DNA of 64,000 nucleotides, taken from contig SGYO01000009.1 of NCBI GenBank assembly GCA_004321745.1, positions 3,081-67,080 of the forward strand, in the 5' to 3' direction. The notes below the pieces were generated by a model. That model saw nothing but the letters and a program-made list of their open reading frames with translations. It searched no databases and was not told where the DNA came from. Made by a program: the position numbers and the translations under genes. Below, piece by piece: positions 36,845 through 46,473 of this stretch. Every line of letters begins with the position of its first letter. The first letter of the stretch is position 1. This stretch comes from a bacterium (GTDB lineage: Bacteria; Fidelibacterota; Marinisomatia; Marinisomatales; UBA1611).

Positions 36845-37927
36845 CTAATAATTTTTTTCAAAATTTTGCATAGCCTCTATTAATGCATCTACTCCATCTT
36901 CTGGCATAGCATTATAAATTGAAGCTCTAAATCCACCTACAGATCGATGCCCCTTAAGAGTGGTAAGTCCTCTGTTTAAGCAATAGTCTAAGAAAATCTT
37001 ATCATCTATTTTCTTATCTAAAAATACAAAAGGAACATTCATAGTTGAACGGTCTTCTTTATTTATAGGACTTTTAAACAGACTATTTCTCTCGATTTCT
37101 GTATAAAGCTTTTCTGCTTTTCGCTCATTAATGATTTCCATTTCCTTTAAACCACCTAATGATTGTATCCATTTTAAAGTCTCATTTACCACACAAACGG
37201 AAAAAACTGGCGGGGTATTAAACATTGAATCTTTAGATGAATGGGTTTTATAACGCATCATCGTAGGCACATCTCTAAGGTTAATATCTAAAAGATCTTT
37301 ACGAATGATAACCAACGTTACTCCCGCTGGACCCATGTTTTTTTGTGCTCCAGCATAAATTAATCCAAATTGAGATATATCTATTGGTTTTGATAAAATA
37401 TCAGAACTCATATCAGCGACTAAATATGAATTAGTGTTTTTAATTTCTGGGAAGCTCTTGTATTGAGTACCATATATCGTATTATTACTTGTTATATGTA
37501 AATACGAAGCATCCTCTGAAGTAACCACATTTTTTGGAATGTAAGAATAAACTGAATCTTTACTACTTCCAACGACGTTGACATTACCAAATTTTTGGCA
37601 TTCAATAACTGCCTTTGCCGACCAAGATCCAGTATCTATATAATCTGCTGTGCCATCGCTAGGAAGAAGATTCATTGGAACCATTGAAAATTGCAACGAC
37701 GCTCCTCCTTGCAGCCAAAGAACGGAATAATTTTCCGGAATATCTAGTAAATTAATAAGATTTTGAGTCGTGTCATCAAACAGCTCCACAATAGGTGCTG
37801 ATCTATGACTCATCTCAAGTATACTTATTCCTGATTTTTTATAGTCTTTTACAGCGCTTTTTGAAGCTTTTAAAGCAGGATTTGGTAGGCAAGCAGGGCC
37901 AGCGCTAAAGTTATATATTTTTTTCAA
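36845..37927 (-). CDS. serC: Phosphoserine aminotransferase
   Basis: 360 aa. N-terminal YNFSAGPACLP, ...GGASLQF..., AGAQKNMGPAGVT (PLP lysine), GHRSVGGFRASIYNAMP. Confidence 0.92.
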   Translation of the reverse strand: MKKIYNFSAGPACLPNPALKASKSAVKDYKKSGISILEMSHRSAPIVELFDDTTQNLINLLDIPENYSVLWLQGGASLQFSMVPMNLLPSDGTADYIDTGSWSAKAVIECQKFGNVNVVGSSKDSVYSYIPKNVVTSEDASYLHITSNNTIYGTQYKSFPEIKNTNSYLVADMSSDILSKPIDISQFGLIYAGAQKNMGPAGVTLVIIRKDLLDINLRDVPTMMRYKTHSSKDSMFNTPPVFSVCVVNETLKWIQSLGGLKEMEIINERKAEKLYTEIERNSLFKSPINKEDRSTMNVPFVFLDKKIDDKIFLDYCLNRGLTTLKGHRSVGGFRASIYNAMPEDGVDALIEAMQNFEKNY

Positions 37928-37990
37928 AATTGTAAAATATTTCTAATAAAATGAACCGAAATTTGTTAAAAAGGAAGCTGAGTATCAATA

Positions 37991-38060
37991 GCTACTGCGC
38001 TCTTTTTATAATATCAAGTTGTCGACTTTTCTATTATTTATCTGATCAGAGCGCAATAGC
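37991..38060. repeat. GC-rich 13-nt inverted repeat with 44-nt spacer in the lipoprotein/serC intergenic region
   Basis: GCTACTGCGCTCT (37991..38003) pairs with AGAGCGCAATAGC (38048..38060), 12/13 complementary. It stands out against the AT-rich surroundings. Confidence 0.4.
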
Positions 38061-38072
38061 CATTAAAATACA

Positions 38073-39098
38073 TTAATTAGGCCTAGTAACTTTATACGGT
38101 ATGGATATGGTGTAACAATTATATCCACCATCCTCGGTAAAGATAGTTGCTAGATCAATTATACTAAAAAATGAACGAAAAATTCTGGATTCTTGTCCTA
38201 ATCCCGGGCCGTGAACCCTCCATAATCCAGCATGTATGTTATCATTTCCGATTTCATCTACGCCAATTCCTTTATCATTTAATTTCTTTCTTCCTCTTTG
38301 ATATTGAGATCGTCCATAGCGATTCATTACCCATTCTCCAACACCGACAGAGTCTAAAGCATACTCAGGACCATTGTTTTCTACAGCAATATTCAACATT
38401 ATATGTTGAAAAGCATCAAACGTAGGCAGGTTGTCCCTATCTAAGAGTAAATCACCAATTTCGGAGGAATTCAACGCAAAAAGCAGGTTCCCATCTTCAA
38501 CGGTAATACCATTAATACTATCAGCCGATGCATTAACTGAAAATATATTTAACGATGAGAGAGAAACCTTATCGCCAGAGAAACCTACTAGAGGAGTCAT
38601 AGCAGAAATTCTCCAAAAATACCCATTAGGATTATTTTGATTAACGGTCCTAACAAACTTTATCTTTCTTGTCATCAATGAACTAAAATCTTTTGAGAAG
38701 CCCATTGAATCAATAATATCCATTGTAGAAGTATCTCTTACTTGAACAACAAAAGTGCCATTTAAATTATAATTAATAATACCTAATGCTGTATCTCCTT
38801 CAATGGTAAATTCAACCGTGCGATCACGGTTTAATATTCGCCTTCCATAACGCACCCTATACCCTTCTCCGTAATTTAGTGTGTCGCCTAAAGTTCTAGA
38901 TAGACCAAAAAGCTCTAAACCAGTATCGTATTCAATATTAACCAACCCTCCATCATCAAAACCATCTAAACCAGTAGCTGAGTCTTCATCTAATAACCTT
39001 AAAAGCTCAGTTTCATCATTTTCATTATTATTTTTTATATCAGAACAGCCGATAAAAAAAATAATACAAAAACTTAATCCTTTTATTAAAAAATTCAT
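38073..39098 (-). CDS. Hypothetical lipoprotein (last gene of the ECF sigma module)
   Basis: 341 aa. Signal plus lipobox (IIFFIGCSD). No family recognised. Confidence 0.55.
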   Translation of the reverse strand: MNFLIKGLSFCIIFFIGCSDIKNNNENDETELLRLLDEDSATGLDGFDDGGLVNIEYDTGLELFGLSRTLGDTLNYGEGYRVRYGRRILNRDRTVEFTIEGDTALGIINYNLNGTFVVQVRDTSTMDIIDSMGFSKDFSSLMTRKIKFVRTVNQNNPNGYFWRISAMTPLVGFSGDKVSLSSLNIFSVNASADSINGITVEDGNLLFALNSSEIGDLLLDRDNLPTFDAFQHIMLNIAVENNGPEYALDSVGVGEWVMNRYGRSQYQRGRKKLNDKGIGVDEIGNDNIHAGLWRVHGPGLGQESRIFRSFFSIIDLATIFTEDGGYNCYTISIPYKVTRPN

Positions 39099-39112
39099 TT
39101 TTTATTCCCTAT

Positions 39113-39649
39113 TTAATTCCAAAATTGTCGTTTATTTCTTTTTCTTTCTTTACGAAATTTTCTTTTATTTTTTTCTGAACGTTTATTTTTCATTTTACCC
39201 TTAAGGTCTTTCATCATTTTATGTTTAAATACTCCAAGCTTTGCTTGCTGTAATGGGTTCAGTATGTCGCCTGAATTAATTAAGAATTTTTCTTCTAAAT
39301 CAGACATTTTCCTTTTCAATGATGATGTTTCTTTTATGATTCTACTTACCTCACTTGATGTTAGTTTTTCATTCTTCATATTTAGCTTCAGCGAGCCAGC
39401 TAATGATCTTTGTTTTCTTCGCAGATTCTCCATCTCCGCTCGATGCTGCCTAAATCTTGGAAAAAACTTTTCAGCTTGATCTACTTCAAGCTCTAACTCC
39501 TCAGTTAACTTCCATATCATCATTGATTCTATTGATTTTCTATCTTCTTGTTCATACAAAGAATCAGATAAAATTTCCCTAGCACTACCATCTTGTGAAA
39601 AGACTACCGCAATCGATAAGAATATCAATATAAAATGTAAAAGTTTCAT
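39113..39649 (-). CDS. Periplasmic helical protein, Spy/CpxP/'heavy-metal sensor' like
   Basis: 178 aa. Signal peptide, long helices with LTEELELEVDQAEKFFPRFRQHR and a second ...NPLQQAKL... (LTxxQ-like) motif, and a very basic tail (KRKFRKERKRNKRQ). Such proteins commonly follow ECF sigma/anti-sigma pairs. Confidence 0.5.
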   Translation of the reverse strand: MKLLHFILIFLSIAVVFSQDGSAREILSDSLYEQEDRKSIESMMIWKLTEELELEVDQAEKFFPRFRQHRAEMENLRRKQRSLAGSLKLNMKNEKLTSSEVSRIIKETSSLKRKMSDLEEKFLINSGDILNPLQQAKLGVFKHKMMKDLKGKMKNKRSEKNKRKFRKERKRNKRQFWN

Positions 39650-40050
39650 AAAGTCTCTCCATTTTTATCAAAAACATCTAAATAATCATCCATGTAAAAT
39701 AATATTTCTAAGTCATAATCATTTGACTCTTCCATATAAAACAGGGTTAAATCATTATCATTGATGCTGCTTTCATTTAACTGATCACCCAAAATCTCAA
39801 AATAAATTTCACTTTCATCATATGCAAATGAGACATAGCTATTATAATTATCAAAATTTTCTAATTGATTAAATGTTATGATTGAAATCAAGAATATGAA
39901 TGCAAATGCAGAAAAACCGGTTCTAATTCTTTTTTTTCTATTTGACTCATATACTTGTTTGGCTCTCAGATTTGAAATAAAACGAGAGGCATTAATTCCG
40001 CCAGCTCTAATTTTTACCGAGGCTAAGATTTTATCTTCAAAACTAGTCAT
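39646..40050 (-). CDS. Putative anti-sigma factor (single-pass membrane protein)
   Basis: 134 aa. Short cytoplasmic N-segment, one TM (FSAFAFIFLISIITF), acidic periplasmic tail. Overlaps the sigma gene by 8 nt and the downstream gene by 4 nt. Assignment is by position only. Confidence 0.45.
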   Translation of the reverse strand: MTSFEDKILASVKIRAGGINASRFISNLRAKQVYESNRKKRIRTGFSAFAFIFLISIITFNQLENFDNYNSYVSFAYDESEIYFEILGDQLNESSINDNDLTLFYMEESNDYDLEILFYMDDYLDVFDKNGETL

Positions 40051-40567
40051 TATTTAGTTTTTCTTTTAATCGTTTAAGTCCATGATGAAAATTAACTTTT
40101 GCTGTGCCCTCAGACATACCAGTTATTTCTGAGATATCGCGGTAAGAAAGTCCATCAGTTACCCTTAATATTACTACTTTTCGTTGTTTTTTTGGTAGTT
40201 TAGCTATTTCTTCCCACAATTCTTGTCTAGTCCATTCAAGGTCATTTTTTTGATCATATTTTCCTTCTTCTGCTATTTGCTCTAAGTGCAGCATACCTTT
40301 CCATTTATTTCTAGTTATCCATGAATTTGCTGTATTAGAATTAATTCTATATAAATAAGTCAAAAAATTTGATTCGTATCGAAAATTTTTCAAATTTTTA
40401 TATAATTTTAAAAACACATCTTGAGTTAAGTCTTCAGCTGCCATTTCATCTCTAGTTATTTTCATAAAAAATCCAAAAACATTATTTAGGTTATTTTGTA
40501 CGATTTGATCAAAAGCTTTTTCATCTCCAGATGTGAATTTCCGAATTAGTTCTTTGTCATCAATCAT
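40043..40567 (-). CDS. ECF (group IV) sigma-70 family RNA polymerase sigma factor
   Basis: 174 aa. Region 2 (AEDLTQDVFLKLYKNLKNFR....F.TYLYRI..N) and region 4 HTH (LPKKQRKVVILRVTDGLSYRDISEITGMSEGTAKVNFHHGLKRLKE). Confidence 0.88.
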   Translation of the reverse strand: MIDDKELIRKFTSGDEKAFDQIVQNNLNNVFGFFMKITRDEMAAEDLTQDVFLKLYKNLKNFRYESNFLTYLYRINSNTANSWITRNKWKGMLHLEQIAEEGKYDQKNDLEWTRQELWEEIAKLPKKQRKVVILRVTDGLSYRDISEITGMSEGTAKVNFHHGLKRLKEKLNND

Positions 40568-40630
40568 ATCATTTGTTAATTAGACTAATAAATTAAGAAA
40601 AGGTTAAAAAATAATTTCATATTTTTCGAT

Positions 40631-43612
40631 ATGCATCTAGATGAAATTTTACGAATTGCAAACCCAAAACAACTTGCGGCAATTAAACATCCCCTTGCAC
40701 CTTTAATGATAATTGCTGGTGCAGGAACAGGAAAAACATTCACTTTAGAAAATAGAATCATTTACATGATTCAGCAATATGGTGTAAAACCAGATTCTAT
40801 ACTCACCATTACCTACACGGAAAAAGCAGCTAAAGAACTGAAGTCGAGACTACATGAAAAGATTGGTCAAAAGGTTCATCCTATGTTTGTCGGGACATTT
40901 CATTCATTTTGCTACAAATTAATGAAAGATTATCAAATCAATAACGCTGATTCTTCCTCACTGATAGACCAAAGTGAAGCGGTTCATATGATACTTGAAA
41001 ATTATGATGATTTTATGCCATTTATGTCTGAAGAATTTTCAATAAACCCAAAAATATCTGCAGTGGAGAGTTTCATTCCTTTCTTTAACCGTTTAAGAGA
41101 TGAACTAGTTGATATAGATAAAGTAGATCAATCTATTATTAAAGATTTTTATGAAGATGATGTTGAATCACTTAATCAACTAAATGACCTATTAAGAATA
41201 TTTCCAATCTATCAAAATCTTAAAAAAGAAAATAACCTAATTGATTATAATGATATGATCTTAGACACTTATCATGCGCTTAAAAATGATACAAGATTAA
41301 TTGAAAAAGTCCAAATAAAATACGAGCACCTTATTATTGATGAATTTCAAGATAATAATTATGCCCTTAATGAAATTTCTGGATTAATTAGTAAAAAAAA
41401 TAGTTCTATTACTGTTGTAGGAGATGATGATCAGGTAATTTATAGTTTCAGAGGAGCAAATGCTTTTAATATATCAACATTTGAAAAAACATATGAATCT
41501 CATCCTAATTATGAAATGATAACATTAGAAACAAACTACAGGTCATCACAACCTATTTTAGATCTGGCGAATAACTCAATAAAACACAACAAAGAAAGAA
41601 AAATAAAATCATTAGTATCTGCAGGAAAAAACATCGAAATAAAGCCAATGATTTTCATGGGAGAAAAACCTGAGCAAATTGAATTTATCGCAAATGAGAT
41701 AATCAAACTAAAAAAGCAGTTTTCGTATGCTGAAATGGCTATTCTTTGTCGCACACATGAACAATCGCAACAAATAATTGAGTATTTAAATTTAATTGGG
41801 ATCCCCAATCGCTCTCCAAAAAGAAACCTCTTTAATATAAGTTCAGTAAAAGATTTGATTTCCTGGGTGCAATTATTGGCAAAGGGACAATACTATGATA
41901 TTGCACTATTCCGAATTTTAAAAAATGAATGGGGATATAAAAAAGCTCATGATTTTTTTTCAATTGAAAATGGTTTTAATAAAGATGACTTAATCAAAAA
42001 AATCACAAAATATCATCTTAAAAATAATGTTACATCAACGGAAAGAATAACAACCATAATAGACCATTTTGAAAACATCATGCACAAAAGATCTGCTGCT
42101 GAAGTTGTGTGGGAATTATGTGAAAAATTAGAGCTTCTTAAGAATAAGGCACGTAGACACCTTGTTCAAGACCAAATTGATATATTAAATATTAGCTCCA
42201 TCATATCAAATGCTCAAAAATTTTCAAGTACTATCACAGATAAAAAGAAAGATAATATTTTCAGGTTTAATAAGTTCATCGAAAATGTGATGACTTCTGG
42301 TGGGCTTCCTCCATTAGAGCCTGAAAGAGACCAGGATTATGCTGCAGTCACAATAAATACTGTTCATGGAGTAAAAGGTGGTGAATTTGACATTGTATTT
42401 TTACCATTTCAACGCTCTGCCAGCTTCCCTCTTAACTTTAAATCTGAAAAGAGGATAAAAAACCCTCCGGATATATTATTAAATTACAATAACTATACAG
42501 AGTTAACTGCAAGGGAACATCATTATCAAGAAGAAAGAAGACTATTTTATGTTGCTATTACTAGAGCTAAAAAATACATGTACATTCTTGCGCCAAATAA
42601 AGCGACCTCAAAATTTGTTAAAGAATTGCAAGTAGAGCTTATGAAAAATATATCCGATAAAACAAACTCAAAGGTTCATTCATCTCGTTCTGTATTGAAA
42701 GTAAAGTACTCAAATATGATGCAAGATGCTCTATCAAAAAGTCAATATGATATTGTAAAAGAAATAGCAGAAATTCTAACTATAATTGATAAACATGAAA
42801 AGGGTGAATCATACTCTTTGACTAACTCCGAACTGCAGCAGCAATTAAAAAAAGATTTAAAACCTAAATTCATCCCTGAACCTCCGAAGCAAATCAGTTT
42901 ATCAGCGAGTGCAATTGAAACCTATATATCTTGTCCTTTGAAATATAGACTATCGAAAATTGATAGAATTCCACAAACGGCAAGTAAACCAGAATTAGTA
43001 TTTGGAAATATTATACACAAGGTTTTACAAAGATTTCATAATGAATGCAAAAATTTAGATAAAAATTATATTTTAAAGCTACTGGAGCAAGAGTGGCAAA
43101 GTGGAGCATTTGAATACAAAGTGCGAGAAGAAAAATTTAAAGAACAAGGTGTAGAGATGCTATCTAACTATGTAGAAAACATAAAAACAAACACTCCAAA
43201 TGTTATAGCCACAGAGTTGAGTTTCACCTTCCAATTAAACGAAACAACTATTGTTGGAACAATTGATAGATTAGATAATGAATCTGGTATTGTAATCACT
43301 GACTATAAAACAAGTAAAACCTCAACCAAAGCTAAGAATAGTTTACAACTAGCTATATACTCCTTATACCTTGAACAGTCTGAAGATTTAGAACTAAAAG
43401 GTATTCCAAAAAAATCACAACTTTATTTTTTGAGAGATCATGAAGATCCTATAAAAGAACATTCTTTTTCAAGTGATGAATTACGCGATACAGAAGAAAA
43501 GATACTACACGTTTCTAATGGCATAAGAAAAAAAGATTTTAAACCTATAAAAGGTAACCATTGTAATTGGTGTGATTACAAACACCTTGCCTGCCCTGTT
43601 TATGAGGAGTGA
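40631..43612 (+). CDS. UvrD/PcrA-family SF1 helicase fused to a C-terminal PD-(D/E)XK (RecB/Cas4-like) nuclease with 4-Cys cluster
   Basis: 993 aa. Helicase motifs AGAGTGKTFTL, LIIDEFQDNNY, TNYRSS, TVHGVKGGEFDIVFL, RRLFYVAITRAKKYMYI. Nuclease region (about nt 42860..43612): ETYISCPLKYRL, GNIIHKVLQ, GTIDRLD, VITDYKTSK, QLAIYSLY, and C-terminal CNWCDYKHLACP. This is the C...CxxCx5C arrangement of AddB/Cas4-type Fe-S nucleases. Confidence 0.85.
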   Translation: MHLDEILRIANPKQLAAIKHPLAPLMIIAGAGTGKTFTLENRIIYMIQQYGVKPDSILTITYTEKAAKELKSRLHEKIGQKVHPMFVGTFHSFCYKLMKDYQINNADSSSLIDQSEAVHMILENYDDFMPFMSEEFSINPKISAVESFIPFFNRLRDELVDIDKVDQSIIKDFYEDDVESLNQLNDLLRIFPIYQNLKKENNLIDYNDMILDTYHALKNDTRLIEKVQIKYEHLIIDEFQDNNYALNEISGLISKKNSSITVVGDDDQVIYSFRGANAFNISTFEKTYESHPNYEMITLETNYRSSQPILDLANNSIKHNKERKIKSLVSAGKNIEIKPMIFMGEKPEQIEFIANEIIKLKKQFSYAEMAILCRTHEQSQQIIEYLNLIGIPNRSPKRNLFNISSVKDLISWVQLLAKGQYYDIALFRILKNEWGYKKAHDFFSIENGFNKDDLIKKITKYHLKNNVTSTERITTIIDHFENIMHKRSAAEVVWELCEKLELLKNKARRHLVQDQIDILNISSIISNAQKFSSTITDKKKDNIFRFNKFIENVMTSGGLPPLEPERDQDYAAVTINTVHGVKGGEFDIVFLPFQRSASFPLNFKSEKRIKNPPDILLNYNNYTELTAREHHYQEERRLFYVAITRAKKYMYILAPNKATSKFVKELQVELMKNISDKTNSKVHSSRSVLKVKYSNMMQDALSKSQYDIVKEIAEILTIIDKHEKGESYSLTNSELQQQLKKDLKPKFIPEPPKQISLSASAIETYISCPLKYRLSKIDRIPQTASKPELVFGNIIHKVLQRFHNECKNLDKNYILKLLEQEWQSGAFEYKVREEKFKEQGVEMLSNYVENIKTNTPNVIATELSFTFQLNETTIVGTIDRLDNESGIVITDYKTSKTSTKAKNSLQLAIYSLYLEQSEDLELKGIPKKSQLYFLRDHEDPIKEHSFSSDELRDTEEKILHVSNGIRKKDFKPIKGNHCNWCDYKHLACPVYEE

Positions 43613-43620
43613 AAGATCAA

Positions 43621-44058
43621 TTACTGTTTAATCAGCTGAAGATCAAGAATACAATTAAGCTTCGCTGCAATTAGTTCAAGCCTCGCTGGATTTCCAATGT
43701 ACTCAATAGCAATATCAGATATAGAAGTCGTTTGTCCGCTAATATGAATATTAAATATTTCAGCATTGTTAGAGTTGTATAATTTTAAAAATGTTGAATC
43801 AGAACTTATTGAAGAAAAATCTTTTACAACTAGGGATGTAAATAATGTGTCTTCATTTTCAGATTCAAATTCTAACTCCCAAATGTAATTTTCTGTTAAA
43901 TCTTCGGCATTTAAGCTTAAAGAAAAATAATCTACCTCATTAATAATAGCTGGAATATTTAAAAGCAGTCCATCATCATAATCAGGTGGCTCCACACACC
44001 CAAAGATTAAAATTATAAAAGAAACCAAATGAAATTTTATAAACATCTTAATTCTCAT
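43621..44058 (-). CDS. Hypothetical lipoprotein
   Basis: 145 aa. Signal plus lipobox (LIFGCVE). No family recognised. Overlaps the rmuC 3' end by 11 nt. Confidence 0.5.
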   Translation of the reverse strand: MRIKMFIKFHLVSFIILIFGCVEPPDYDDGLLLNIPAIINEVDYFSLSLNAEDLTENYIWELEFESENEDTLFTSLVVKDFSSISSDSTFLKLYNSNNAEIFNIHISGQTTSISDIAIEYIGNPARLELIAAKLNCILDLQLIKQ

Positions 44059-45142
44059 CTGCTTTTATCACCTTATCATTATTTCCTAGTTGAAGTTCAT
44101 TTATTTTATCCATTGGTTTTTCAAGTTCCCTTAACCTAGGACCTCTTAATTCTTCATAATGATTTGTAAGCGCACCAATTGATTTATTCATAGCATTTAT
44201 TTTTGATTTAAACTGCTCCCATTGTTTTCTAAAAACACCTACTAACTCTTGCATCTCTCCAGCTTTTTGCTCCATGGCGAAATTCGAAACAGCCTGTCTA
44301 ACCAAGGATAGTATCGCATAAAGGGTAATAGGCGAACAAAGAATGATTTTTCTTTCTAATGAAAAATCAATAAGTCTGTCATCTTCTTGGTTTAAAAAAG
44401 AATATATACTTTCATTTGGTATAAAAAGCAAAACATAGTCAACGGTTCCACCTTTTGGATCAATGTAAGAACGATCTGAAACTTCTTTTATTCTATTTCG
44501 AACATCTTTAATAAAAGCTTTTTTTTCTAGCTCTTTTTCTGACTCAGATTCTGCGTTAACATAATTCTCATAATGGTTGAGGGGAAATTTGACATCCATA
44601 TTTATAACCTTTTCATCAGGAAGGAAAAAAGTAAAATCGGGTCTAGAACTATCTTGTTGAGTTTGCTGCTTAAAATTTATACCCTCAGTTAGACCAATGA
44701 AATTTAAGATATCCTCAACCATCCTCTCACCCCATTGACCTCTAGCCTGGTTGCTGGATAAAATTTGTCTCAACCGCAAAGTAGTGTCTGATAAATCTCC
44801 AACAGTTTTTCGAGATTCTTCCATTTGAGACTTCAATGCAACCGTATTTTCAGATAAGCTTTTTAATCGTTCTTTCATTTCTTTTAAGGAACTATCGATA
44901 AGTTCTTTTTTCTTATCTAATTGATCTTCAGAATTATCGAGGAGAGATGAAAATTTATTCTCAGCGAGCTCCAAAAAGCTTTTTTGATTATTTAGCAATA
45001 CCTCATTAGATAAATCGCTAAAATTCTTTTTTAATTCTTCCTGATTTTGTTTAAATGAATCGAACTCTTTTTGACGTACAAACCATATGATTATTGAACC
45101 AAGTAAAAAACCAACTAAAAAAATAATAAATTCGAGAATCAT
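44048..45142 (-). CDS. rmuC: DNA recombination protein RmuC
   Basis: 364 aa. N-terminal TM, long coiled coil, then a C-terminal nuclease-like core (RGQWGE..VE.IL...GL........Q......RPDF.....D.KVINMDVKFPL ... YVLLFIPNESIY). Confidence 0.85.
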   Translation of the reverse strand: MILEFIIFLVGFLLGSIIIWFVRQKEFDSFKQNQEELKKNFSDLSNEVLLNNQKSFLELAENKFSSLLDNSEDQLDKKKELIDSSLKEMKERLKSLSENTVALKSQMEESRKTVGDLSDTTLRLRQILSSNQARGQWGERMVEDILNFIGLTEGINFKQQTQQDSSRPDFTFFLPDEKVINMDVKFPLNHYENYVNAESESEKELEKKAFIKDVRNRIKEVSDRSYIDPKGGTVDYVLLFIPNESIYSFLNQEDDRLIDFSLERKIILCSPITLYAILSLVRQAVSNFAMEQKAGEMQELVGVFRKQWEQFKSKINAMNKSIGALTNHYEELRGPRLRELEKPMDKINELQLGNNDKVIKADEN

Positions 45143-45149
45143 TATTTTT

Positions 45150-46472
45150 TCATAGGGTCAGGGCAAAAGAATCTGCTAATATTCCGGGGCAAGTTGTACC
45201 GCCAATTTCACGATTCCCATATGTGCTAGTATTTGGAATAAACTCAGTTTTATTACCAACCGCAAGGAGATTATCACCAAAATAATTATAAAATGAATCG
45301 TCAAAACGCATCGTATTAATTGGACCGACAATCTCACTATTTTCTACCCAAAAACAAGCATACCTTGTTAAACCAGTAATTCTACCATTCGGATTATCGC
45401 TCCAGTTAAGATAATGGATGTTTGATAAGTACAGCCCTTTATCAATTTGTTTTAGAACATCACTTTGATCAAGCGATCCAGGCTCCATAAATGGAGACCT
45501 AAGATATTCGCCTGATTCTGCAAAGTTACTCGTTCTATTGTATTCATTGGCTGTCCTAGAACTAATTAATGTATTTTTCAATTCACCAGAAGATATAATC
45601 TTTAGCTCTTCAGCAGAAACCTCACCATCTGAATTAAATTTTGGTACTAATCCTAATGAGAAATCCTCAGATATTGAAAACTTCGATGATAATCTAACAT
45701 TTTCGTTTCTCATTTTCCCAAATCCACTACAACCTTGTTGAATACTTGCTTCACTGATTCCATTCCAAGAGAACATACTTAAAAAATCAGAAACTGCTGC
45801 CGGCTCAAACCATGTCTTGTAATTACCAGTTTCTAACTTCACTGGTGAAAGCTCCATGAGTTCAAGTTTCTTTTTAGATTGTTTTAAATAGCCCTCATAT
45901 TCATTTTGATCCCAGTCTGTACCTGCAAATGTACCTTTAACCATCTGATGGTTCGTTGCAACTAATGAGTAATCTAATGAAAAAGACTCAGTTTCAAACC
46001 AATGCTCCTGCCCTAATGAATTTGAATTTCCTCTATACATTTTACCATTAGATAAAATTCCTACAAAATCTACTCCTTGAACAGCTGGTAAAATTGCATC
46101 AACAGCATCTTTAAAGTTTAAACCATTAGAATTTTTTATCTCCCTGCTAGAACCTGAACCCTCAGGTATGATCAAGTATGGGTCTTCTAATATTTGCGTA
46201 GATTCCAATCGCATTCTTTCAATCTCTACCCCTGCTCTCTTTGTATCCATATCATCATTCCCAGAAAGCGTGAAACTTCCAGTACATGTTCTACCATTCG
46301 CAATCATTTTCATATGAATGTCAGCGTCATGGACCAAACCAGTTTGTCTTATTTTTGCATTATTTAGTCGTATGAATTGGCTTTCCTCTCCAGTAAAAGA
46401 CAACGTTAATAACTCATCTTTCTTTAAATGAGAGTATATAACTTCCGAGATGTTTTTAAATTTAATTTCCAT
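45150..46472 (-). CDS. pmbA: TldD/PmbA family metalloprotease subunit (PmbA/TldE-like), start re-called
   Basis: The track ORF (to 46601) overlaps tldD by 128 nt. The Met at 46472 (MEIKFKNISEVIYSH...) lies 1 nt after the tldD stop and gives a normal 440-aa PmbA-like protein. It lacks the HExxxH of TldD, as PmbA does. Confidence 0.83.
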   Translation of the reverse strand: MEIKFKNISEVIYSHLKKDELLTLSFTGEESQFIRLNNAKIRQTGLVHDADIHMKMIANGRTCTGSFTLSGNDDMDTKRAGVEIERMRLESTQILEDPYLIIPEGSGSSREIKNSNGLNFKDAVDAILPAVQGVDFVGILSNGKMYRGNSNSLGQEHWFETESFSLDYSLVATNHQMVKGTFAGTDWDQNEYEGYLKQSKKKLELMELSPVKLETGNYKTWFEPAAVSDFLSMFSWNGISEASIQQGCSGFGKMRNENVRLSSKFSISEDFSLGLVPKFNSDGEVSAEELKIISSGELKNTLISSRTANEYNRTSNFAESGEYLRSPFMEPGSLDQSDVLKQIDKGLYLSNIHYLNWSDNPNGRITGLTRYACFWVENSEIVGPINTMRFDDSFYNYFGDNLLAVGNKTEFIPNTSTYGNREIGGTTCPGILADSFALTL

Positions 46473-46473
46473 G

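Noticed and set aside
40631-45142. Reading the helicase-nuclease plus RmuC neighbourhood as an anti-phage defence island
   Set aside because: The two genes are convergent and separated by a lipoprotein gene. No methyltransferase, ATPase/effector partners or mobile-element hallmarks are present, the flanks are core genes, and both families have ordinary DNA-repair roles. I kept the helicase-nuclease only as an architecture note.
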